DNA of 64,000 nucleotides from Dehalococcoidia bacterium. GTDB lineage: Bacteria; Chloroflexota; Dehalococcoidia; Lucifugimonadales; UBA3495. Below, piece after piece: positions 1 through 7,710 of this stretch. How positions within the stretch are numbered: position 1 is the stretch's first letter; each line of letters opens with the position of its first letter. The stretch lies in the NCBI GenBank assembly GCA_022825745.1, contig JAJDWF010000113.1, positions 26,400-90,399 of the forward strand, in the 5' to 3' direction. A model generated the notes under the pieces. That model did no database searches. It saw only the letters and a list, made by a program, of their open reading frames with translations, and had not been told where the DNA came from. The position numbers and the translations under genes are program-made.

Positions 1-360
1 ATCGGCTATCTCTTCCTGTGGCTGGGAGACTGGCAAACGGCCATCGGCATCACGCTGGTGCTGGGGTTCATCCTGTGCGAGGGCATGATGGACGGCGCGG
101 GAGTCATCGTGTGGGCGGCCCTGGGCGAATACTTCGGACGCGACCGGTTCGCCACGTTGCGCGGCTACATCACGTTCGCGTATGCCTGGGCGCTGGTGGC
201 GTCGCCGGTGTACGCCGGATGGGTCGCCGACCGGTTCGGCGACTACGACTACGCCATCATACCGGGCGCGATTTGCGCCTTCGCCGCCGGCGCATGCTTC
301 CTGTTCATCAAAAAGCCGCCGGAACTGATGGCGGATGCGCCCGCCGCCGCCGACGATTAG
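1..360 (+). CDS. Membrane transporter C-terminal fragment (MFS-like); 5' end outside window
   Basis: Frame 1 is open from nt 1 to TAG 358-360. Hydrophobic helices (IGYLFLWLGDW.., GAICAFAAGACFLFI) resemble the last TM segments of a permease. Confidence 0.5.
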   Translation: MGYLFLWLGDWQTAIGITLVLGFILCEGMMDGAGVIVWAALGEYFGRDRFATLRGYITFAYAWALVASPVYAGWVADRFGDYDYAIIPGAICAFAAGACFLFIKKPPELMADAPAAADD

Positions 361-380
361 CCGGGAATCGGCGTCGCCCG

Positions 381-389
381 TGCTACAAT
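381..389 (+). promoter_or_regulatory. Extended -10 promoter element TGcTACAAT
   Basis: AT-rich hexamer with an upstream TG in a GC-rich intergenic region, 70 nt upstream of ATG 459. Confidence 0.4.
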
Positions 390-458
390 GCGCCCACTGA
401 CGGCCCATTGATTCCATCCTTTTCAAGACGCGATCCAATCTCGCAGCGGAGTTTGAAA

Positions 459-1793
459 ATGTCCACCATCCTGGAACAGTACATCGCCACCCACCCCGGC
501 TCCGCCGAGCGCTACCGTGAGGCCGTGGGCATCTTCCCCGGCGGCGTGACCCACGACAACCGCTACGCCGAGCCGTTCCCGCTGTACATCACCCACGGGC
601 AGGGGTCGCGCAAGTGGGACGTGGACGGCCACGAGTACATCGACTACGTTTCCGGCCACGGCGCGCTGATCTTGGGGCACTCGCACCCCGCCATCGCCGA
701 CGCCGTCGCCGAGCAGATCCGCCGGGGCACCCACCTGGGCGCCTGCACCGACGAGGAGGTGCGCTGGGCCCGGGCCATCATGAACCTGATGCCCGCCGTC
801 GAGCGCGTCCGCTTCCACAGCAGCGGCACCGAGGCCACCCTGATGGCCATGCGGCTGGCCCGCGCCTACACCGGACGCAACAAGGTCATCAAGCTCCAGG
901 ACCACTTCCACGGCTGGCACGACTACGCCATGGCCGGCTCCGACCGCCCTGCCCCCGGCATACCGCCGGAATCGTGGGGCAGCATGGTCATCGTTCCCGC
1001 CGGCGACCTGAACGCCGTGGAGCAGGCCATGGCGCGTGATTCTGACATCGCGGCCATCATCCTGGAACCCACCGGCGCTCACTACGGCCAATTGCCCTTC
1101 GACGTGCCCACCTACCTGGCCGGCCTGCGCGCGCTGTGCGACCAGCACGGCGTGGTCCTGATCTTCGACGAGGTGGTGACGGGATTCCGCGCCTCATCCG
1201 GCGGGGCGCAGGTGCGCTACGGCATCACGCCCGACCTGACCACCATGGCCAAGATCGTGGCCGGCGCGCTCCCCGGCGGCGCGGTGGGCGGCAAGGCCGA
1301 CATCGTCGATATGATCGCCCAGCGCGGCGACCCCGAGTGGGACAACACCGAGCGCGTCTATCATCCCGGCACCTTCAACGGCAACCCGCTGTCCGCCGTG
1401 GCCGGCGCGACCTGCCTGGAAATGATCGCCGCCGAGCCCGTCAACGAGCGGGCCGACGCCATGGCCGCCCGCCTCAAGGCCGGGCTGAACGAGGTGTTCA
1501 CGCGCATGGAGGCCAACGGCCACGCCTACGGTGTCGCCTCCATGATCCACTTCACGCTGGCCGACGGCGACTTTGACCACGAGTTCGGCCCCGACGTGAA
1601 CCGCCGCATCAAGGCCGCCGCCGGCTCCGCCGCGGTCACCGGCATCAAGCGCGCCCTGCAGAACCACGGCATCGACATCATGGGCCGCGACGCCTTCCTG
1701 GTGTCCGCCACCCACAACGAAGCCGACATCGACGCCACGCTGGCAGCCTTCGAGTCCACCCTGGCCGAAGTGCGCGCGGAGGGACTGGTGTAG
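459..1793 (+). CDS. Class-III PLP aminotransferase (glutamate-1-semialdehyde 2,1-aminomutase-like)
   Basis: MSTILEQ.. start. Motifs GHGALILGHSHP, HSSGTEATLMAMRLARAYTGR, FDEVVTGFR. The 18..458 part of the long ORF is an Arg-rich spurious extension. Confidence 0.85.
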   Translation: MSTILEQYIATHPGSAERYREAVGIFPGGVTHDNRYAEPFPLYITHGQGSRKWDVDGHEYIDYVSGHGALILGHSHPAIADAVAEQIRRGTHLGACTDEEVRWARAIMNLMPAVERVRFHSSGTEATLMAMRLARAYTGRNKVIKLQDHFHGWHDYAMAGSDRPAPGIPPESWGSMVIVPAGDLNAVEQAMARDSDIAAIILEPTGAHYGQLPFDVPTYLAGLRALCDQHGVVLIFDEVVTGFRASSGGAQVRYGITPDLTTMAKIVAGALPGGAVGGKADIVDMIAQRGDPEWDNTERVYHPGTFNGNPLSAVAGATCLEMIAAEPVNERADAMAARLKAGLNEVFTRMEANGHAYGVASMIHFTLADGDFDHEFGPDVNRRIKAAAGSAAVTGIKRALQNHGIDIMGRDAFLVSATHNEADIDATLAAFESTLAEVRAEGLV

Positions 1794-1830
1794 GGCAGCT
1801 TACCTTGATCCGACAATCGAGAGGTTAACC

Positions 1831-2571
1831 ATGGCAAGCTTTTGGGAAAAGATTACCGTTAACGGCGCGGAGATGGACATGTACGCCAGCGTGCCGTCCG
1901 GCAGCGCCGGCTTCAGCGCGCCGTATCCGGCGGTGCTGGTGGCGCAGCATGCCACCGGCGTTGACGCCTTCATCCAGGAAATCTGCGACCGGCTGGCCGG
2001 CGAGGGCTACGCCGCCGTCGCGCCCAACCTGTACCACCGGCACAGCGAGGAGGCCATCGCCGCGTCCGCTAACGGCGGGCCGCGCCCCAGCCCGGGCGCG
2101 CTGCTCAGCGACCCGGACATCGTGGCCGATATGAACGCCGCCATGGACTGGCTGCTCAATCACGACGCGGTGCAGAGCGACCGCATCGGCGTTACCGGCT
2201 TCTGCATGGGCGGGCGCGTGGCGTGGCTGGCCGCCGCCAGCAACCCCAACTTCAAGGCCGTCGTCCCCTACTACGGCGGCAACCTGATGACCACCTGGGG
2301 CGCCGGCCAAACTCCGCCCTTCGACCTGGCCGCCAACATCAACTGCCCCATGCTTTTCCACTTCGGCGAAATCGACGCCAACCCGTCGCAGGACGATATG
2401 CAAAAGCTCGACGCCGAGCTATCCCGCCTGGGTAAGGACCACACCTTCCACACGTATGCGGGAGCCGACCATGCCTTTATGAACCCCGCCGGCGGACGCT
2501 ACAACGAGGCCGCGGCGGTCACGTCCTGGCCGCGCACGCTGGAGTTTTTCGCCCAACACCTGAAAGGTTAA
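1831..2571 (+). CDS. Dienelactone hydrolase family protein (copy 1)
   Basis: 246 aa. GVTGFCMGGRVAW nucleophile-elbow region and DHAF near the C-terminus. Tandem paralogue of the next gene. Confidence 0.85.
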   Translation: MASFWEKITVNGAEMDMYASVPSGSAGFSAPYPAVLVAQHATGVDAFIQEICDRLAGEGYAAVAPNLYHRHSEEAIAASANGGPRPSPGALLSDPDIVADMNAAMDWLLNHDAVQSDRIGVTGFCMGGRVAWLAAASNPNFKAVVPYYGGNLMTTWGAGQTPPFDLAANINCPMLFHFGEIDANPSQDDMQKLDAELSRLGKDHTFHTYAGADHAFMNPAGGRYNEAAAVTSWPRTLEFFAQHLKG

Positions 2572-2594
2572 CAACGCACACAGGAGGTATCGTC

Positions 2595-3320
2595 ATGGCC
2601 AGTTTCTGGGAAAAGCTCACCGTTGACGGCAGTGAGATGGATATGTACGCCAGCGTGCCCAGCAGCAGCGCCGGCTTCACCGCGCCCTATCCGGCGGTGG
2701 TGGTGGCGCAGCACGGCGGCGGCGTGGACGAGTTCATCCAAACCATCTGCGACCGGCTGGCCGCCGAGGGGTACGCCGCCGTCGCGCCCAACCTGTACCA
2801 CCGCAACTCCGACGAGGTGATGAACGCCGACCCGCGCCCCCGTCCCTGGGACGTGCTCAGCGACCCCGACATCGTCGCCGACATCAACGCCACGGTGGAG
2901 TGGCTGCGCAACCATGACGCCGTCACCGACCGCATCGGCGTGACCGGCTTCTGCATGGGCGGTCGCGTGGCCTGGCTGGCGGCGGCATCGAACCCCCACT
3001 TCAGCGCCGTTGCCCCCTACTACGGCGGCAACCTGCTGGTGACCTGGGGCGCGGGCGAGACGCCGCCCTTCGAGCTGGCCGCCAACATCGACTGCCCCAT
3101 GCTGTTCCACTTCGGCGAGGTTGACGAGAACCCGTCCCAGGACGATATGCGCAAGTTCGACGAGGAGCTGAACCGCCTGGGCAAGGACCACCAGTTCTAC
3201 GTGTACCGCGACGCCGACCACGCCTTCATGGACTTCACCGGCCCGCGCTACCAGAAGGAAGCCGCCGACCGCTCCTGGCCGCGCACCCTGGAGTTCTTCG
3301 CGCAGCACCTGAAGGGGTAG
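2595..3320 (+). CDS. Dienelactone hydrolase family protein (copy 2)
   Basis: 241 aa, collinear and roughly 70% identical to copy 1 (MASFWEK.TV.G.EMDMYASVP.., GVTGFCMGGRVAWLAAASNP). Confidence 0.85.
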   Translation: MASFWEKLTVDGSEMDMYASVPSSSAGFTAPYPAVVVAQHGGGVDEFIQTICDRLAAEGYAAVAPNLYHRNSDEVMNADPRPRPWDVLSDPDIVADINATVEWLRNHDAVTDRIGVTGFCMGGRVAWLAAASNPHFSAVAPYYGGNLLVTWGAGETPPFELAANIDCPMLFHFGEVDENPSQDDMRKFDEELNRLGKDHQFYVYRDADHAFMDFTGPRYQKEAADRSWPRTLEFFAQHLKG

Positions 3321-3366
3321 TGGTCAGAGACGGGCGTCCTGCGATTTCGGGAACCGGACGGTCGCG

Positions 3367-3972
3367 CTAGGACAGCCAGGCGGTAACCTCGTCGGCCGGC
3401 GCGCGCACGGACGCGGAAGGCCGGGAGGGTTGCCCGATGAACAGCGCGCCCACCATGGTCCAGTCGGATTCGCCGCCCAGCGTCTCCGCCAGTTGCGGAT
3501 GGCGAGTAGTGTTGCCGGTGCTCCAGTCGCCGGCCAGGCCCTCGGCCACGGCGGCCAGCAGCAGGTTCTGCACGGCGCAGCAGGCGGCGGCGTAGTTCTC
3601 CTGGGTCAGTTCCTCGCTGTCGCCGGGAACGCTGTACACGTAGATCAGCGCCGGAGCGTCCAGCACGCGCTGGCGGCTGCCGTCGGCGTGCTCGTGGTTG
3701 CCGCTGCGGGCGAACAGGTTGTCGTAAGCCAGCTGGGCCACCTGCGCGCGTTTCTCGCCGCCCTTCTCCAGGACGTAGAACCGCCACGGATTGGTCAGCC
3801 GGTGGTTGGGCGCCCACACCGCGGCGTCCAGCATCCGCCGGAGGGCGTCCCGGTCGGGGACCGCATCGGAGAAGTCGTTGTTCATGCGGCGGTTGTGAAT
3901 CGCCTCGTAAACGGACACGCCGGTTTCGGGCGCGCTAACGTTGCCGCTGCGCAATCGGTTGCTGGTTGTCAT
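3367..3972 (-). CDS. Nitroreductase family protein
   Basis: Start MTTSNRL.. (CAT at 3970-3972). Motifs RRMNNDFSD, AAVWAPNHRLTNPWRF. The upstream part of ORF 3367..4188 is antisense to the repeat. Confidence 0.8.
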   Translation of the reverse strand: MTTSNRLRSGNVSAPETGVSVYEAIHNRRMNNDFSDAVPDRDALRRMLDAAVWAPNHRLTNPWRFYVLEKGGEKRAQVAQLAYDNLFARSGNHEHADGSRQRVLDAPALIYVYSVPGDSEELTQENYAAACCAVQNLLLAAVAEGLAGDWSTGNTTRHPQLAETLGGESDWTMVGALFIGQPSRPSASVRAPADEVTAWLS

Positions 3973-4056
3973 GCTAAACGCTCCCACGCCAGTAACGCTT
4001 ATCAAATCATTACGTGCGCACACTATACCGTTGTCAGCACGCTGATACAAGACTGA

Positions 4057-4326
4057 TCTCCCAGCGCTGACCGCAGAGGCTGGGAACACAAGACCCACCG
4101 GCACATCTGGGTGGCCGTGCGGCGCTTGACCGACGAGAATCCCAGCATGGGTCTGACCCGGCTTTTCCGAGCCGTCAATCACCTGCATTCCAACTTTTAC
4201 GAGAACGTTGACTCCGCCTCTGATGTCGCCGAGGCATTGGATGTAGTAGAGCGGTTCGTCGGCTTGCTGGAACCGATGGCGTATCAGACTGCGGCCGATT
4301 CCGGTTCCCGCGTGGGGTCAACATAG
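4057..4326 (+). pseudogene. PaREP1-like HEPN gene 3' fragment (copy 1); no start codon, stop lost
   Basis: Open frame ..RRGWEHKTHRHIWVAVRRLTDENPSMGLTRLFRAVNHLHSNFYENVDSASDVAEALDVVERFVGLLEPMA. TAG is mutated to TAT, so the frame runs into hicB. Homologous to CDS 56771..57145. Confidence 0.6.
4061..4283 (+). repeat. 223-bp direct repeat, copy 1
   Basis: Matches 4937..5159 at a constant offset of 876 nt with about 5 mismatches. Ends exactly at the hicB stop codon. Confidence 0.9.
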
Positions 4327-4559
4327 CGGCACACGGGCCGCTCCCACGCCGGCAGCAGTGGTCGGGGCAACGGTTCCGGAACCGTATCTTGATACTCGCC
4401 AGCGTCCTCAAGCCAAAGTCCCATCGCCTCTTTTATGCTTTGCAGCGCCTGCTCATAGGTGTTCCCGTGGGCCATACAGCCGGGCAACTCCGACACCTCA
4501 GCCACGTACAGCGCGTCCTCATCGCTCCAGTAGATGATGATTTCGTATTTATGCATCAC
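4284..4559 (-). CDS. hicB: HicB-family antitoxin
   Basis: MMHKYEIIIYWSDEDALYVAEVSELPGCMAHGNTYEQALQSIKEAMGLWLE is a typical HicB N-terminal fold sequence. Overlaps hicA by 4 nt. Confidence 0.8.
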   Translation of the reverse strand: MMHKYEIIIYWSDEDALYVAEVSELPGCMAHGNTYEQALQSIKEAMGLWLEDAGEYQDTVPEPLPRPLLPAWERPVCRYVDPTREPESAAV

Positions 4560-4810
4560 GGTTCCTCCAATTCGTATTGCAGGATAACACGGCGAACCTG
4601 TCTTACCTGGTACGGCTTGGCATCGCTGCCAATCCGTTGCAAGTTTATTCGCTCCACGCCGGGTTTGCGAAAGATATGATGACCGCCGCGTATCCGCTCG
4701 TCAAACTCCAGGCGGCGCAGCAGGGCGCACAAATCGCTAAACCTGATATTCGCGTCAGAATGTCCGCCGAGGATTCTTTGCATCAAGCGTGAACGTTGCC
4801 TCAACCTCAT
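4556..4810 (-). CDS. hicA: HicA-family mRNA interferase toxin
   Basis: IRFSDLCALLRRLEFDERIRGGHHIFRKPGVERINLQRIGSDAKPYQVRQVRRVILQY matches the HicA/YcfA pattern. Lies upstream of hicB in the usual toxin-first order. Confidence 0.8.
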   Translation of the reverse strand: MRLRQRSRLMQRILGGHSDANIRFSDLCALLRRLEFDERIRGGHHIFRKPGVERINLQRIGSDAKPYQVRQVRRVILQYELEEP

Positions 4811-4869
4811 CCCTCCGGCGGCATTGGACTAGTGGCAGATAGTATCCGGCCATGGTCAAATTTGCGTAG

Positions 4870-5160
4870 TGTGGGCTTATTGTACCCGGCCGCGCAGAGG
4901 CGGATGACGACCACGCCACTGCCCAAATAGTCAAGGCCATCGCCGACCGCAGAGGCTGGGAACACAAAACCCACCGGCACATCTGGGTGGCCGTGCGGCG
5001 CTTGACCGACGAGAATCCCAGCATGGGCCTGACCCGGCTTTTCCGAGCCGCCAATCATCTGCATTCCAACTTCTACGAGAACGTTGACTCCGCCTCTGAT
5101 GTCGCCGAGGCATTGGATGTAGTAGAGCGGTTCGTCGGCTTGCTGGAACCGATGGCGTAG
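4870..5160 (+). pseudogene. PaREP1-like HEPN gene, N-terminally truncated (copy 2)
   Basis: Frame open from 4870 (after TAG 4867-4869) to TAG 5158-5160 with no ATG/GTG/TTG before the internal Met. ..DHATAQIVKAIADRRGWEHKTHRH..RAANHLHSNFYENVD.. About 30 N-terminal codons are missing relative to 56771..57145. Confidence 0.6.
4937..5159 (+). repeat. 223-bp direct repeat, copy 2
   Basis: See copy 1. Together the repeats bracket the 653-bp hicAB segment 4284..4936. Confidence 0.9.
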
Positions 5161-5213
5161 GTAGGCACGCGCTCTCTCACCAGGGATGCGCTTACCACCA
5201 CGGCGTGAGTGGA

Positions 5214-5277
5214 CGCCGCCGCCGTCCGCGCCTTGGCCGCACACGCTGGAGCTTTTGCTGAACGCTCCAAGGGGTAA
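5214..5277 (+). pseudogene. Decayed 3' end of a third dienelactone hydrolase gene
   Basis: tggccgcacacgctggagcttttgctgaacgctccaaggggtaa versus the DLH 3' ends (tggccgcgcaccctggagttcttcgcgcagcacctgaaggggtag). Translates WPHTLELLLNAPRG versus WPRTLEFFAQHLKG, with a 1-nt indel before the stop. Confidence 0.5.
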
Positions 5278-5344
5278 TGGCCTCATTCCCAATCGGCGGA
5301 GTGGAAGGCGTGCTACACCACACGCCCACAAACGGCGGCGGCCA

Positions 5345-5914
5345 TCACCACATTTCGATGGCCTTGATTAGTAGGAATACTCCCAATCCTCCCGAGGCCC
5401 ATGCGATGGTCCACAGGATCAGTTCTGCGATATTTTCGCTGGTCAGAGCGGCATTGAACGAGTCAATGCACTTATTGTAAATGCCGGTGTCATCTTCTTT
5501 CTCCGACGCTATTTTGGCTGCTTTAGTGGCCACTGCCGCTAATGGCGGCATCGATACCAACCCCAAGAATGTCGCCAATCCTAGCTTCTCCTCAGCAATG
5601 CCGACCAATACCCCGGATACTGCTATCACACTCATTCCGATAAGCGCTATCAAGGTTGTGGCACCGAACCTTCGTCCTGTCCCGAGGTATAGCAGCGCTG
5701 CAAATACCAAACCAGCGACGGTAGCCACTACCACTTGTATCTCTGATTGACAGTCGTACAGTACGGACCCCGGTATTTGGATGACGTGCCGGGTTGTCCA
5801 CGGCAGAAAGCCCGCCGTGAGCATTGTGCCAGCCAAGGCTATTGTCAATATGGCCTTTAGCCACGGCCATGCCGTTCTGCTGAGGTTTGATGCTTGTTCC
5901 CGTATTCGCATCAT
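5345..5914 (-). CDS. Hypothetical multi-pass membrane protein
   Basis: Lower-GC ORF with 4-5 hydrophobic helices (WPWLKAILTIALAGTML.., VVVATVAGLVFAALLYL.., LIALIGMSVIAVSGVLVGI..). ATG at 5914 is preferred over TTG at 5932. Confidence 0.6.
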   Translation of the reverse strand: MMRIREQASNLSRTAWPWLKAILTIALAGTMLTAGFLPWTTRHVIQIPGSVLYDCQSEIQVVVATVAGLVFAALLYLGTGRRFGATTLIALIGMSVIAVSGVLVGIAEEKLGLATFLGLVSMPPLAAVATKAAKIASEKEDDTGIYNKCIDSFNAALTSENIAELILWTIAWASGGLGVFLLIKAIEMW

Positions 5915-5942
5915 TCGTCCGCTTTCGCCCAATTATCAGGCG

Positions 5943-6233
5943 TTAATAAGGGTGCCCCGGCGGTGGGACAGTTTGCCACCATACCGCGCATCTGGCGACG
6001 GTATTGGCCGGTAGAGAGGCTTCATGCCCCATTGGTCCCAGTGGGAGACGTAGCAGTCCTTGAGGACGTGTTCGGCGTGGATCTGTGCCGTCGGCCTGCT
6101 CTATTTGCTCTTCGGTATGCTTTGGTTGAAGGCTCTCGCTTCCCACGAACTGCGCGCAGGCTGTGGTGATGCTGAACACTGCCAGGGTAGTTGCGACGTT
6201 GCGGATGGATTGCCGCCCGGCCCAGCATATCAC
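5943..6233 (-). CDS. Possible small secreted protein or lipoprotein
   Basis: Signal-like N-terminus SIRNVATTLAVFSITTAC. Ends 11 nt before the membrane-protein gene. No homology recognised. Confidence 0.25.
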   Translation of the reverse strand: MICWAGRQSIRNVATTLAVFSITTACAQFVGSESLQPKHTEEQIEQADGTDPRRTRPQGLLRLPLGPMGHEASLPANTVARCAVWWQTVPPPGHPY

Positions 6234-6282
6234 GGCAAGCTACCGCAGCGTCCGCGCCCGGCATGGGCCGGCGGCTATGGCG

Positions 6283-6288
6283 TATAAT
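6283..6288 (+). promoter_or_regulatory. -10 hexamer TATAAT
   Basis: Perfect TATAAT in GC-rich DNA, 32 nt upstream of ATG 6320. Confidence 0.3.
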
Positions 6289-6319
6289 GCCGGCCACCAC
6301 CCAACAAAGGAGAACCCCC

Positions 6320-6844
6320 ATGCCCCGAGTAGCCTTAGACCTGGAACAGAAAGACGACCTCGCCGTGATCAAGTCCGACGGCTGGCGCGTGGCGCAGGGT
6401 CTCGAACCCGGCGAGCCCAACCAGGGCCTGGTCGCCGAGAAGCGCGGCAGCGACGCCCGCCTGCCCGACTACGACGATTCCGGCTGGGAGAGCGGTGCCG
6501 ACTTCCAGCAGCGCTATTCCGTCGGCCTCACCTTCGCCTGGTATCGCCTGCGGTTCACCATGCCCGAGACCGTCAAGGGACAGGACGTGAACACCTGCCG
6601 CGTCTGGTTCGAGACCAACGTGGACAACTACGGTGAGGTATTCGTCGACGGCAAGATCGACCGCAACATCGGCGTCGTGACCGGCAACAACACGCCCAAG
6701 CGCGTCCTGGTGGAGGAGCCGGGTGAGCCGGGCAAGGAGCACGTCATCGCGGTGCTGGTCGCCAACGCCCCTCTGGGCGAGCCCGTAGGCGCCATCTTCA
6801 TGCGCTACGCCACCCTGGCCTTCGAGTCCCAGCCTCCGCAGTAA
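6320..6844 (+). CDS. Stand-alone galactose-binding-like (GH2 N-terminal-like jelly-roll) domain protein
   Basis: SD AAGGAG is 8 nt upstream of the ATG. DDSGWESGADF..GLTFAWYRLRFTMPETVKGQDV..VWFETNVDNYGEVFVDGK follows the sugar-binding-domain pattern of GH2 enzymes. Confidence 0.6.
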   Translation: MPRVALDLEQKDDLAVIKSDGWRVAQGLEPGEPNQGLVAEKRGSDARLPDYDDSGWESGADFQQRYSVGLTFAWYRLRFTMPETVKGQDVNTCRVWFETNVDNYGEVFVDGKIDRNIGVVTGNNTPKRVLVEEPGEPGKEHVIAVLVANAPLGEPVGAIFMRYATLAFESQPPQ

Positions 6845-6853
6845 GCAAGGGTG

Positions 6854-7669
6854 ATGGCCGCCATGACCAAAACCACTTGCGACCCCCGCGCGCTGACCGT
6901 CGCGCAAGCCGTACACGAACGGCTGTGGTGCCAGGCCACTATCCTGTTCGGTTCCCGTGCTAGAGGAGACTTCGAGGAGCATAGCTCCGACATCGACATC
7001 ATGCTGCTCAATCCGGGAATGCCGGACCAACACTACAAAGATCGGGCTGCCGAATGGGCTGAGGGAATTGCTCGGGCCATCTATGAATACCCGGTGACGG
7101 TACAGTTGGTATGGCGCACTACGGAGGATTTCCGGCGGCGGCGGCGCTACGTGAACAGTGTGGAAACTCGCGCAGTGCATGATGGAGTCCTCATGGCAAG
7201 AGACCCGAAACGGCATGGTTCCACATACTATGAGGACGAAGAAACGGAGTGCGAGTACGATTGGATGAACTACAACAACCGGCTGTTTCATGCCGAATCG
7301 CATCTCGACTTGTTCAACACGGCCATTGAGACCGGTAAGAACGACTTGATGATAGGACAGCAGGCTCAAGCCGCGCTGGAGCATGGCATGAAAGCCCTGC
7401 TCGAAGCCCACGGCGTCAGATACCAGCGCACCCACAATATCGGTCATCTGCTGGGCCGCATCCGACAGGTTGACCCCGAACTGCGTGAGCTTTCGCTCGG
7501 CATCCCACCGGACATCTACTCCGCGTATGCCGGTGAGCAGGAATACGAGGAAGAAGCGAGAACACAGCCGCTCCTCACCGACCAGCTCGACTACCGGACG
7601 CTAACCGTTGCCGACGCCCAGCGCATCATCGACCGCGCCCGCGAAGTGCGGCAAGGCCGTACTGACTAG
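6854..7669 (+). CDS. Fused minimal nucleotidyltransferase (MNT) + HEPN domain protein
   Basis: N-terminus has [17 protein letters not shown] (GSx2RG and DxD NTase motifs). C-terminus has [27 protein letters not shown] (HEPN R-x5-H). Lower-GC patch. Start could be 6851, 6854 or 6863. Confidence 0.8.
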   Translation: MAAMTKTTCDPRALTVAQAVHERLWCQATILFGSRARGDFEEHSSDIDIMLLNPGMPDQHYKDRAAEWAEGIARAIYEYPVTVQLVWRTTEDFRRRRRYVNSVETRAVHDGVLMARDPKRHGSTYYEDEETECEYDWMNYNNRLFHAESHLDLFNTAIETGKNDLMIGQQAQAALEHGMKALLEAHGVRYQRTHNIGHLLGRIRQVDPELRELSLGIPPDIYSAYAGEQEYEEEARTQPLLTDQLDYRTLTVADAQRIIDRAREVRQGRTD

Positions 7670-7710
7670 CGCCGCAACCCCGGTATCAACCCACCTCTGG
7701 AGGCATAACC

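Noticed and set aside
18-458. N-terminal 147-aa extension of the aminotransferase ORF. Similar cases are the upstream extensions of ORFs 28668.., 51704.., 36570.. and 10660..11880.
   Set aside because: The extensions are Arg-rich, overlap the preceding real genes, and precede internal starts that match family N-termini and have SD sequences.
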